From an uncultured Ruminococcus sp. (lineage in GTDB: Bacteria; Bacillota; Clostridia; Oscillospirales; Ruminococcaceae), in the NCBI GenBank assembly GCA_934474025.1, contig CAKSMF010000001.1, forward strand, positions 196,744 to 228,743: DNA of 32,000 nt. The letters run 5' to 3'. The translations under genes were made by a program, and so were the position numbers. A model generated the notes under the pieces. The model was not told the origin of the DNA. It saw nothing but the letters and a program-made list of their open reading frames with translations, and ran no database searches. Position 1 is the first letter of the stretch. Each line of letters opens with the position of its first letter. Of the stretch, positions 1-8,282 are shown piece by piece.

Positions 1-320
1 TTGTTAGTGTACCTATAATACAGGCTTTCACAATCGGAAAACCGGAGGATATTCAAAAAGCAGAAAAATCTCCGGCAGAATATATTTTATTGGATTCTGG
101 TAAAGGTTCGGGAAAAACGTTTAATCATTCGCTTATAAGGAATTTAAAACGTCCTTATTTTCTTGCAGGAGGACTTACTCCTGAAAACGTCAGAGAAATT
201 ACACAGATATTAAAACCTTATGCTGTCGATGCGAGTTCATCTCTTGAAACGGCAGGTTATAAAGATGTTAACAAAATGAGGGCATTTGCTGACGCTCTCA
301 GAAGAAAGGATTTGATTTGA
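1..320 (+). CDS. trpF: phosphoribosylanthranilate isomerase, C-terminal part (5' end lies outside the window; frame enters at nt 3)
   Basis: The frame is open from nt 3. The translation ...[12 protein letters not shown]...[12 protein letters not shown]...AVDASSSLE matches the conserved TrpF C-terminal blocks. Its stop overlaps the trpB start (ATGA at 317-320), which is typical trp operon coupling. Confidence 0.85.
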   Translation, partial: VSVPIIQAFTIGKPEDIQKAEKSPAEYILLDSGKGSGKTFNHSLIRNLKRPYFLAGGLTPENVREITQILKPYAVDASSSLETAGYKDVNKMRAFADALRRKDLI

Positions 321-1504
321 TGTCAAAAGGAAGATTTGGCATTCATGGCGGACAGTATATTCCGGAAACTCTTATGAATGCTGTCATTGAACTTGAAAAT
401 GCTTATAATCATTATAAATATGATTCTGATTTCAATCGTGAATTAAGAGATTTACTTGACAATTATGCCGGCAGACCGTCATTGCTTTATTATGCAAAAA
501 AACTTACTCGTGAACTCGGCGGAGCTAAAATTTATCTCAAGCGTGAAGACCTTAATCATACAGGTTCACATAAGATAAACAATGTTCTCGGACAGGCTTT
601 ACTTGCTAAAAAAATGGGTAAAACACGTCTTATCGCTGAAACTGGTGCAGGTCAGCACGGCGTTGCTACTGCAACCGCAGCGGCACTTCTTGATATGGAA
701 TGCGTAGTTTTCATGGGAGAGGAAGACACAAAACGTCAGGCATTAAATGTTTACAGAATGAAGCTCCTTGGTGCTGAAGTTGTTCCTGTAAAGACAGGCA
801 CAGCAACTCTTAAAGATGCTGTTTCAGAAGCTATGCGTGAATGGACTTCCCGTATAAGTGATACACATTATTGTTTAGGTTCTGTAATGGGACCTCACCC
901 ATTCCCGACTATTGTAAGAGATTTTCAAGCTGTTATTTCAATGGAATCAAGAGCCCAGATTCTTGAAAAAGAGGGAAGACTTCCTGATGCTGTTATAGCT
1001 TGCGTGGGTGGTGGTTCTAATGCTATCGGAAGCTTTTATCATTTTATTCCTGATAATAACGTTCGTCTTATCGGCTGTGAAGCGGCAGGACGTGGCATAG
1101 ATACTTTTGAAACCGCTGCTACTGTAAATACTGGTAAAGTAGGTATTTTCCACGGTATGAAATCATATTTCTGTCAGGACGAATACGGACAGATTGCACC
1201 AGTATATTCTATTTCTGCCGGACTTGATTATCCTGGTGTAGGTCCTGAACACGCTTATTTACACGATATAGGACGTGCTGAATATGTTCCTGTTACAGAT
1301 GATGAGGCTGTAAATGCTTTTGAATATCTTTCAAGAACAGAGGGAATTATTCCGGCTATTGAATCTGCTCATGCAGTAGCTTATGCTATGAAACTTGCTC
1401 CTACTATGGAAAAAGATAAAATTATTATCGTTACTATTTCCGGACGTGGTGACAAGGATTGTGCTGCTATTGCACGTTACAGAGGGGAGGATATTTATGA
1501 GTAA
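317..1504 (+). CDS. trpB: tryptophan synthase beta chain
   Basis: 395 aa. Carries the PLP-lysine block [11 protein letters not shown] and the GGGSNAIG motif, and resembles TrpB over its full length. It lies between trpF and trpA. Confidence 0.97.
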   Translation: MMSKGRFGIHGGQYIPETLMNAVIELENAYNHYKYDSDFNRELRDLLDNYAGRPSLLYYAKKLTRELGGAKIYLKREDLNHTGSHKINNVLGQALLAKKMGKTRLIAETGAGQHGVATATAAALLDMECVVFMGEEDTKRQALNVYRMKLLGAEVVPVKTGTATLKDAVSEAMREWTSRISDTHYCLGSVMGPHPFPTIVRDFQAVISMESRAQILEKEGRLPDAVIACVGGGSNAIGSFYHFIPDNNVRLIGCEAAGRGIDTFETAATVNTGKVGIFHGMKSYFCQDEYGQIAPVYSISAGLDYPGVGPEHAYLHDIGRAEYVPVTDDEAVNAFEYLSRTEGIIPAIESAHAVAYAMKLAPTMEKDKIIIVTISGRGDKDCAAIARYRGEDIYE

Positions 1505-2336
1505 TATAAAAAAAGCTTTTGAAAATGGCAAAGCATTTATACCTTTTATAACCTGCGGTGACCCTGACCTTGAAACAACAGCTAAAATAGTACGTTCAGC
1601 AGTTGCAAACGGTGCAGACCTTATTGAACTTGGCATACCTTTTTCAGACCCTACGGCTGAAGGCCCTGTTATTCAGGGTGCAAATATAAGAGCATTAGCA
1701 GGTGGAGTTACAACAGACAAAATTTTTGATTTAGTTGTTGAACTCCGTAAAGATGTTAAAATTCCTCTTGTATTTATGACTTATGCAAATGTTGTATTTT
1801 CATATGGTTCAGAACGTTTCATGAAAAAATGTGCTGAAACTGGAATTGACGGCATTATAATACCTGATTTGCCTTTTGAGGAAAAGGGAGAATTTTCAGA
1901 AGATTCCAAAAAATATGGCATTGATATGATTTCATTGATTGCGCCTACTTCCGATAACAGAATAGCAATGATTGCAACTGCTGGACGTTCATGTATTTGT
2001 CAGTATTTGAAGCCTACTTCTAAAAACAGAATAGCAATGATTGCAAAAGAAGCCGAGGGATTTATATATGTTGTTTCAAGTCTGGGAGTTACCGGAACAA
2101 GAAGTGAAATTACAACCAATATAGATGATATGGTTTCTTTGATTCGTGAAAATACTGATATCCCATGTGCTGTCGGATTTGGAATTTCCACACCGGAGCA
2201 GGCAAAACAAATGACTGAATTTTCAGACGGAGCTATTGTAGGTTCAGCAATTATAAAAATTATTGAAAAATACGGTAAAGATGCACCGTCATATGTTGGC
2301 GAATATGTAAAAAGTATGAAAGATGCTATCAGATAA
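1497..2336 (+). CDS. trpA: tryptophan synthase alpha chain (carries an atypical 23-aa in-frame insertion)
   Basis: The ATG at 1497 gives [28 protein letters not shown], a canonical TrpA N-terminus, and overlaps the trpB stop by 8 nt. Conserved blocks [30 protein letters not shown] and GFGIS are present. The ORF-track start at 1395 lies inside trpB and is rejected. Confidence 0.93.
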   Translation: MSNIKKAFENGKAFIPFITCGDPDLETTAKIVRSAVANGADLIELGIPFSDPTAEGPVIQGANIRALAGGVTTDKIFDLVVELRKDVKIPLVFMTYANVVFSYGSERFMKKCAETGIDGIIIPDLPFEEKGEFSEDSKKYGIDMISLIAPTSDNRIAMIATAGRSCICQYLKPTSKNRIAMIAKEAEGFIYVVSSLGVTGTRSEITTNIDDMVSLIRENTDIPCAVGFGISTPEQAKQMTEFSDGAIVGSAIIKIIEKYGKDAPSYVGEYVKSMKDAIR

Positions 2337-2351
2337 TATCTATTTGTATGG

Positions 2352-2380
2352 TTGATTTATTTTTCATAGTATGCTATAAT
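2352..2380 (+). promoter_or_regulatory. sigma-70/SigA-type promoter for the GNAT gene
   Basis: TTGATT (2352-2357), a 17-nt spacer, then TGcTATAAT (extended -10, TATAAT at 2375-2380). It sits about 30 nt upstream of the ATG at 2411. Confidence 0.5.
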
Positions 2381-2410
2381 TTATACATTAATCGGAATGG
2401 AAGTGTAGCT

Positions 2411-3022
2411 ATGAAAATAGAAATTAAAGATATACAGAAAAAAGATTACAAGAAAGCTATTCAGTTTGCAATAAAAGGTATGCATTTTGACTGGTATCTT
2501 GACAGTAAGTTTTTACTTAATGCTTACGGCAGATATTTCTGGTATCTTGAATTAAATCGTGCCACACAAATATTTTCAGCGTATATAAACAATAAATTTG
2601 CTGGTATTCTGCTGGCAGAAATCAAAGGTGAACAGAAAAAACAAGAAAATGTTTTTCAGAAAGTCTATGTTAAATTTGTTGATTGGCTTCAGAAATCTTT
2701 TTTTAAGGGCGGAGCAGATTTATATGAAAAAACTATAAAACAACAATTAGCACATTATATGAAGTCCAACAAACCAGATGGCGAAATTGTATTTTTTGCA
2801 GTAAATCCCAATTGTAAAGCCAAGGGTATAGGAACTATTTTACTTAATGCTCTTGAAGAAAAAGAAAAGGGAAAAATTTTATATCTTCATACTGATAATG
2901 CGTGTACATATCAATTTTATGAACACAGAGGATTTCGTAAAATGGAAGAAAAAGAAATTTTTATAAAAATGCCTAAAGGAACAATTCCATTAAAATGTTT
3001 TCTTTATAGTAAAAAAATATAA
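2411..3022 (+). CDS. GNAT family N-acetyltransferase
   Basis: The acetyl-CoA binding signature is present in ...FFAVNPNCKAKGIGTILLNALEE... followed by YQFYEHRGF. The start at 2411 (MKIEIKD) lies downstream of the predicted promoter, whereas the ORF-track start at 2348 would lie upstream of the -35 box. Confidence 0.8.
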   Translation: MKIEIKDIQKKDYKKAIQFAIKGMHFDWYLDSKFLLNAYGRYFWYLELNRATQIFSAYINNKFAGILLAEIKGEQKKQENVFQKVYVKFVDWLQKSFFKGGADLYEKTIKQQLAHYMKSNKPDGEIVFFAVNPNCKAKGIGTILLNALEEKEKGKILYLHTDNACTYQFYEHRGFRKMEEKEIFIKMPKGTIPLKCFLYSKKI

Positions 3023-3023
3023 T

Positions 3024-3335
3024 ATGAAAAATAATGTATTAATAATTATACTTGCTTATATGAACAGATACCTGTGGTTTGTATTGATGCTTTTTATTGA
3101 TGATATGTTTTTAATGGGAATTTGTTTCATTGTATTTGGACTATATCAGTATATTGGATATAAATGCAAGTGGAAACATATATTCTGTTCATATCAGAAC
3201 ATCTATCATAAAAAAATGACTCCGGACAGAATAAATTGGAGTAAAGTAAAAAAATCAGATATTTATGGAATGTCTATTATTTTAGAAACGTTAGGTATAT
3301 TAGCGATTATAGTATCTGTTGTTGATATTAAGTAA
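3024..3335 (+). CDS. small hypothetical membrane protein (about 3 predicted TM segments)
   Basis: 103-aa ORF starting 1 nt after the GNAT stop. It has hydrophobic stretches (VLIIILAY, LWFVLMLFIDDMFLMGICFIVFGL, MSIILETLGILAIIVSVV). I recognise no family. The internal ATG at 3060 is an alternative start. Confidence 0.5.
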   Translation: MKNNVLIIILAYMNRYLWFVLMLFIDDMFLMGICFIVFGLYQYIGYKCKWKHIFCSYQNIYHKKMTPDRINWSKVKKSDIYGMSIILETLGILAIIVSVVDIK

Positions 3336-3353
3336 ATTATAATTTATGAATTA

Positions 3354-3398
3354 TAAAAATAATCCATGAAATAATTTTTTCATGGGTTATAATTTTTT
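3354..3398. terminator. bidirectional intrinsic terminator between convergent genes
   Basis: Hairpin aatCCATGAAA (3361-3371) / TTTCATGGgtt (3378-3388) with a 6-nt loop. An A-run lies upstream and a T-run downstream, so it can terminate both the + and - transcripts. Confidence 0.55.
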
Positions 3399-3411
3399 AT
3401 GAAATTGTTTG

Positions 3412-4524
3412 TTATTCTATTTCGGAAATTTCAGAATTTTTAGCTTTTATAACTGTTGATGATGAAGAACTGCCTGTTGTTATTTTTCTGGATTGACAAT
3501 ATTTTTCTATAAATGTCTGTTTAAGAAGTGTGAGGTCAAATATATTAAGAATACCGTCTTTATTAATATCATATAAAGAATAATTTTCATTTGTAATCTG
3601 ATGATTGTTGCGACCTAAAATGTAATTTGAAAGCGATACTAAATCTGATATTCTATAAGGGCATTCTGCTGTTGAATTGATTTCATCAATTACTTTTTTA
3701 ATATCCAAATAATGTTCTATTTCACCAGCCCATAAAAGACCTATTATATTATATGCTTTTTCGGTAGGGTGTACGCCGTCCTCAAGGAGATTTGTTTTTT
3801 TAAGTCGTCCGTAAATATCCATAAATTCAACATTTTTTCCTTCGTCCTGAAGCTTGTCAACAAGTACAGGTATTGATGCATTATAACGGTCAACATATTC
3901 ATTTATTATTTCGTTAAAGTCTTCCGGAGTATTATTGAATTTTTCTTCACCATAAGCCCAGCACCAGTCATAAACTTTTACGGCGTCAATATATGGAATC
4001 GTATTTACAAATATAACTGCGTCATCATTTGTGTTATCTGATATGTAATTTATAAGATTTTCAAGACGGTCTGTGATTCCGTCATTATAGGCACTGAGAA
4101 TATCATTTGTTCCGATTTGCAACATAATAATATCAGGGTCATAAGTTTGCAGATAGTTTCCATTTTGTAGAGTTTCAAGAATACCTTGTCTTGTTTCTGT
4201 ACCCTCCATATATTGAATGGCATAACCGCTGTATCCGCAATGATTGCTGTCATAAGTGACTGTTTCGCCGTTGTATTCGTAAGTTTCGGGATAATCAGAA
4301 TTAGGACCTACCATATCGAAATCGTATTTATTATCACTTCCGAAATAATAACAGAAATATTTTCTGTAGCCTCCAGATGACTGATAACCATGTGTAATAG
4401 AATCTCCTATAGGCATAATTTTTAAAGTTTCTTTTGAAGTTTTGTTTTCTGCAATAGTTATTGTTGGTGTGAGTGTGAAAATCATAGTTATTGCTGATAT
4501 CAAAGAAAATAATTTTTTCTTCAT
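3412..4524 (-). CDS. secreted SGNH/GDSL hydrolase (carbohydrate-esterase-like) with C-terminal dockerin module
   Basis: N-terminal signal peptide MKKKLFSLISAITMIFTLTPTITIA. SGNH blocks are present: I (IGDSITHGY), III (QIGTNDI) and V (EDGVHPTE). The C-terminus has a dockerin-like duplicated segment (RISDLVSLSNYILGR ... YDINKDGILNIFDLTLLKQ). Confidence 0.85.
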   Translation of the reverse strand: MKKKLFSLISAITMIFTLTPTITIAENKTSKETLKIMPIGDSITHGYQSSGGYRKYFCYYFGSDNKYDFDMVGPNSDYPETYEYNGETVTYDSNHCGYSGYAIQYMEGTETRQGILETLQNGNYLQTYDPDIIMLQIGTNDILSAYNDGITDRLENLINYISDNTNDDAVIFVNTIPYIDAVKVYDWCWAYGEEKFNNTPEDFNEIINEYVDRYNASIPVLVDKLQDEGKNVEFMDIYGRLKKTNLLEDGVHPTEKAYNIIGLLWAGEIEHYLDIKKVIDEINSTAECPYRISDLVSLSNYILGRNNHQITNENYSLYDINKDGILNIFDLTLLKQTFIEKYCQSRKITTGSSSSSTVIKAKNSEISEIE

Positions 4525-4574
4525 AATTACTGCTCCTTTTATAGTTGAATTATTTTAAAAATATTATTTTGTTC

Positions 4575-4603
4575 ATTTTAACATTTTTCAAATAGTCTGT
4601 CAA
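4575..4603 (-). promoter_or_regulatory. SigA-type promoter for the esterase gene
   Basis: The minus strand reads TTGACA, a 17-nt spacer, then TGtTAAAAT (plus-strand tgtcaa at 4598-4603 and atttta at 4575-4580). Confidence 0.5.
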
Positions 4604-4633
4604 TAAATTTTTTGTTATCTATAGCAAACATAC

Positions 4634-4663
4634 TTGCATTTTATTGTGAAAGTGTGATATAAT
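4634..4663 (+). promoter_or_regulatory. candidate SigA-type promoter for adhE
   Basis: TTGCAT (4634-4639), an 18-nt spacer, then TATAAT (4658-4663). This would give a leader of about 95 nt containing the Rex box. Confidence 0.4.
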
Positions 4664-4705
4664 ATACATAGTGCAGGTGAAACAAAGAAATTTTCTTTAC
4701 TTAGG

Positions 4706-4723
4706 TTGTTAAAAAAATAACAA
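4706..4723 (+). promoter_or_regulatory. putative Rex (redox-sensing repressor) operator
   Basis: TTGTTAAaaaaATAACAA matches the published clostridial Rex consensus TTGTTAANNNNTTAACAA at 13 of 14 specified positions. It lies 40 nt upstream of the start of adhE, a classical Rex regulon member. Confidence 0.55.
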
Positions 4724-4762
4724 TCATTCTGCATTAACTTTATAATGTACTGGAGGAATAAT

Positions 4763-7393
4763 ATGGACAATAAAAATTATGAAATTGTTGACAGTGTTGA
4801 ACAACTTGAAAAAACAATCGAACGTGTACGAAAGGCACAGAAAATTTTTTCCACTTATACACAGGAACAGGTAGATAAAATTTTCAGAGCCTCTGCCCTT
4901 GCCGTCAATAAAGAGCGTATCCCTCTTGCAAAACTTGCAGTTGAGGAAACTGGAATGGGTGTTATTGAAGATAAGGTGATTAAAAATCATTATGCTTCCG
5001 AGTACATTTACAATAAATACAGAGATGCTAAAACTTGTGGTGTTATTGAAGATAATAAAGATTACGGAACTAAAAGAATTGCAGAACCTATTGGTGTTGT
5101 AGCAGCAGTAATTCCTACTACTAATCCTACTTCAACAGCAATATTCAAAACTTTGCTTGCTCTCAAGACCCGCAATGGTATTATAATAAGTCCGCACCCC
5201 CGTGCAAAAAAATCTACTATTGAAGCAGCTAAATTAGTTCTTGAAGCAGCAGTAAAAGCCGGTGCTCCAGAAGATATAATTTCATGGATAGATGTTCCAA
5301 GTCTGGAAATGACTAATCTTTTAATGCGTGAAGCTGATATTATTCTTGCAACCGGCGGTCCTGGAATGGTTCATTCAGCTTATTCAAGCGGAAAGCCTGC
5401 TATTGGCGTAGGTGCTGGAAATACTCCGGCTATCATTGATGATTCAGCAGATATTGTACTTGCAGTAAATTCAATTGTTCATTCAAAAACTTTCGATAAT
5501 GGTATGATTTGTGCGTCAGAACAGTCTGTAGTAGTTCTTGACGGAGTTTATGATAAGGTAAAGGCTGAATTTTCTGCGAGAGGTTGCTATTTCCTTAATG
5601 ATGACGAAAAAGACAAGGTTCGTAAAACTATTCTGATAAATGGTTCTCTCAATGCAAAAATTGTTGGACAAAGTGCTTATAGAATTGCAGAACTCGCTGG
5701 TGTAACCGTTCCAGATGGCACTAAAATTCTTATAGGTGAAGTTGAAAGCACTGACCTTTCAGAAGAATTTGCTCATGAAAAGCTTTCACCTGTTCTTGCA
5801 ATGTATAGAGCATCTGATATTGGTGATGCTTTTTCAAAGGCTGAAAGATTGATTGAAGACGGTGGTTATGGTCATACATCATCAATTTATCTTGATATTA
5901 AAACTCAGCAGGACAAGCTTAAAGAATTTCAGAGTCGCATGAAAACTTGTCGTATTTTAGTAAATACCCCTTCTTCACAGGGAGGAATAGGCGATTTATA
6001 TAACTTTAATCTTGCACCTTCACTTACACTTGGCTGTGGTTCATGGGGCGGAAACTCCATAAGTGAAAATGTTGGTGTAAAACATCTTCTGAATATAAAG
6101 ACTGTAGCCGAAAGGAGAGAAAATATGCTCTGGTTCAGAACACCTGAAAAAATCTATATGAAACGTGGCAGTATTCCGGTTGCACTGAGCGAATTAGGTA
6201 CAGTCATGGGCAAAAAACGTGCATTTATAGTTACTGATAAGTTCCTCTATGAAAACGGATATACAAAATCAATTACAGATAAGCTTGAAACAATGGGTAT
6301 TCAGCATGCAGTATTCTTTGATGTTGAACCCGACCCGACTCTTGAATGTGCTGAAAATGGTGCAAAGCAGATGACATCATTTAAACCTGATGTTATAATA
6401 GCTCTTGGTGGCGGTTCTGCAATGGACGCTGCTAAAATTATGTGGGTTCTTTATGAACACCCTGAAACTGATTTCATGGATATGGCAATGCGTTTCATGG
6501 ATATAAGAAAAAGAGTTTATACTTTCCCGAAAATGGGTTCAAAAGCTTATTTTGTTGCTATTCCGACTTCTGCCGGTACAGGTTCAGAAGTAACTCCGTT
6601 TGCAGTAATTACTGACGGTGAAACAGGTGTTAAATATCCTCTTGCTGATTATGAACTTCTTCCGGATATGGCAATTATTGATATAGATTTTCATATGACT
6701 GCTCCAAAAGGACTTACTTCTGCTTCCGGTATTGATGCAGTAACTCATGCACTTGAAGCTTATGCTTCTATGATGGCAACTGATTTTACTGATAGTTTGG
6801 CACTCAGAGCATTGAAGATAATATTTGAATATCTTCCTAAAGCTTATGAAAACGGTTCAGACAGCGTTGCGAGAGAAAAAATGGCTAATGGTGCTACTAT
6901 GGCGGGAATGGCTTTTGCAAATGCATTCTTAGGAGTGTGTCATTCAATGGCTCATAAATTGGGAGCATTTCATCATTTACCACACGGCGTAGCAAATGCT
7001 CTTCTTATAGAAGAAGTAATACGTTTCAATTCGGCTGAAACTCCGGCTAAAATGGGAACATTCCCACAGTATGGCTATCCTCATACACGTTCACGTTATG
7101 CAGAAGTTGCTGATACTCTTGGTCTTGGCGGTAATTCTGATAATGAAAAGGTTGATAATCTTATTAATGCTATAAGAGAACTCCGTCATAAAATCGGAAT
7201 AAAGGATACTATCGCTGATTACGGCATAGATGAAAAACAATTCCTTGATACTCTTGACGAAATGACAGAACAGGCATTTGATGACCAGTGTACAGGTGCA
7301 AATCCACGTTATCCGCTTATGAGTGAAATTAAACAAATGTATCTCAATGCTTATTATGGAAAGACTTTTGTAGAAAAGTCATATCCCGTTTGA
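4763..7393 (+). CDS. adhE: bifunctional acetaldehyde-CoA / alcohol dehydrogenase
   Basis: About 876 aa with an N-terminal aldehyde dehydrogenase domain and a C-terminal iron-ADH domain (GGGSAMDAAK, histidine-rich HSMAHKLGAFHHLPHG). The start at 4763 is preceded by GGAGGA at 4752-4757. The ORF-track ATG at 4745 lacks an RBS. Confidence 0.97.
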   Translation: MDNKNYEIVDSVEQLEKTIERVRKAQKIFSTYTQEQVDKIFRASALAVNKERIPLAKLAVEETGMGVIEDKVIKNHYASEYIYNKYRDAKTCGVIEDNKDYGTKRIAEPIGVVAAVIPTTNPTSTAIFKTLLALKTRNGIIISPHPRAKKSTIEAAKLVLEAAVKAGAPEDIISWIDVPSLEMTNLLMREADIILATGGPGMVHSAYSSGKPAIGVGAGNTPAIIDDSADIVLAVNSIVHSKTFDNGMICASEQSVVVLDGVYDKVKAEFSARGCYFLNDDEKDKVRKTILINGSLNAKIVGQSAYRIAELAGVTVPDGTKILIGEVESTDLSEEFAHEKLSPVLAMYRASDIGDAFSKAERLIEDGGYGHTSSIYLDIKTQQDKLKEFQSRMKTCRILVNTPSSQGGIGDLYNFNLAPSLTLGCGSWGGNSISENVGVKHLLNIKTVAERRENMLWFRTPEKIYMKRGSIPVALSELGTVMGKKRAFIVTDKFLYENGYTKSITDKLETMGIQHAVFFDVEPDPTLECAENGAKQMTSFKPDVIIALGGGSAMDAAKIMWVLYEHPETDFMDMAMRFMDIRKRVYTFPKMGSKAYFVAIPTSAGTGSEVTPFAVITDGETGVKYPLADYELLPDMAIIDIDFHMTAPKGLTSASGIDAVTHALEAYASMMATDFTDSLALRALKIIFEYLPKAYENGSDSVAREKMANGATMAGMAFANAFLGVCHSMAHKLGAFHHLPHGVANALLIEEVIRFNSAETPAKMGTFPQYGYPHTRSRYAEVADTLGLGGNSDNEKVDNLINAIRELRHKIGIKDTIADYGIDEKQFLDTLDEMTEQAFDDQCTGANPRYPLMSEIKQMYLNAYYGKTFVEKSYPV

Positions 7394-7411
7394 TGATTGG
7401 AGGCTTCACAT

Positions 7412-8161
7412 ATGAATACTGAAAATATAATCGCTGAAAGAGTCAACAAGAAAATTTATCGTGACGGCGACAAAGTTATAAAGCTTTTCAATGAGGATTA
7501 TTCAAGAGCCGACGTTCTTAATGAAGCTTTGAATCATGCACGTGCCTGCGAAACAGGACTTAATATTCCTGAATTATACGAGGTAACAAGAATCGATGGC
7601 AAATGGGCAATCATTATGGAATATATTGAGGGTAATAATATATCTTCTCTTATAGCTTCCAATCCTTCAAAGTACGATGAGTATATGGAGCTTTTCGTTA
7701 ATATTCAGCTTGAAATTCATTCAAAGAAGTCACCATTGCTTAGTCAGCTTAAAGACAAGATGAACAGAAAAATAAGTCTTACAGAACTTGACGGTACAAC
7801 AAAGTACGAACTTTATACACGTATTGCAAGCACTCCTGACCACCATAAACTCTGTCATGGAGATTATACTCCCTCAAATGTTATAATAAAACCGGACGGT
7901 ACACCTTATATTCTTGATTGGGCACACGCTACTCAAGGTAATGCTTCTGCCGACGTTGCAAGAACTTATTTGACATTCTGCCTTAAAGGCAATGTTGAGG
8001 GTGCGGAAAAGTATCTTGATTTATTCTGCAAAAAGAGCAATACTGCTAAAAAATACGTGCAGTCATGGATGCCAATAGTAGCAGCTTCACAATCAATTAA
8101 GAGCAATCCGGAAGAACATGATATACTTTTATCATGGGTAGATGTTGTTGATTATGAATAA
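7412..8161 (+). CDS. APH/choline-kinase-like phosphotransferase family protein (substrate unknown)
   Basis: Brenner-type catalytic motif HGDYTPSNVII, then ILDW (the metal-binding Asp equivalent). Size is about 250 aa. GGAGG at 7399-7403 precedes the ATG at 7412. The gene starts 18 nt after the adhE stop. Confidence 0.75.
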   Translation: MNTENIIAERVNKKIYRDGDKVIKLFNEDYSRADVLNEALNHARACETGLNIPELYEVTRIDGKWAIIMEYIEGNNISSLIASNPSKYDEYMELFVNIQLEIHSKKSPLLSQLKDKMNRKISLTELDGTTKYELYTRIASTPDHHKLCHGDYTPSNVIIKPDGTPYILDWAHATQGNASADVARTYLTFCLKGNVEGAEKYLDLFCKKSNTAKKYVQSWMPIVAASQSIKSNPEEHDILLSWVDVVDYE

Positions 8162-8172
8162 TTTCTGATGAA

Positions 8173-8212
8173 AAAAGGACAGATTCATATAAAATTGAAC
8201 TGTCCTTTTTTA
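8173..8212 (+). terminator. intrinsic terminator ending the adhE-kinase unit
   Basis: Long stem AAGGACAG(A)TTCA / TGAACTGTCCTT (8175-8207), followed by TTTTT. Confidence 0.75.
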
Positions 8213-8222
8213 TGTTTTTCTA

Positions 8223-8251
8223 TTGAATTTTTGGAAAATAAGTGGTATAAT
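8223..8251 (+). promoter_or_regulatory. SigA-type promoter for the M15B lipoprotein gene
   Basis: TTGAAT (8223-8228), a 17-nt spacer, then TGgTATAAT (TATAAT at 8246-8251). Confidence 0.5.
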
Positions 8252-8282
8252 ATTGTATTATAGCTGAAAGGAAAGTCTTTTT

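Noticed and set aside
1395-1496. N-terminal extension of the trpA ORF (ORF-track start at 1395).
   Set aside because: It lies entirely within the trpB coding region in another frame. The canonical TrpA N-terminus begins at the ATG at 1497.
2348-2410. Upstream start for the GNAT ORF.
   Set aside because: It would place the start codon upstream of the predicted -35/-10 promoter (2352-2380). The extra residues are not GNAT-like, and the ATG at 2411 fits better.
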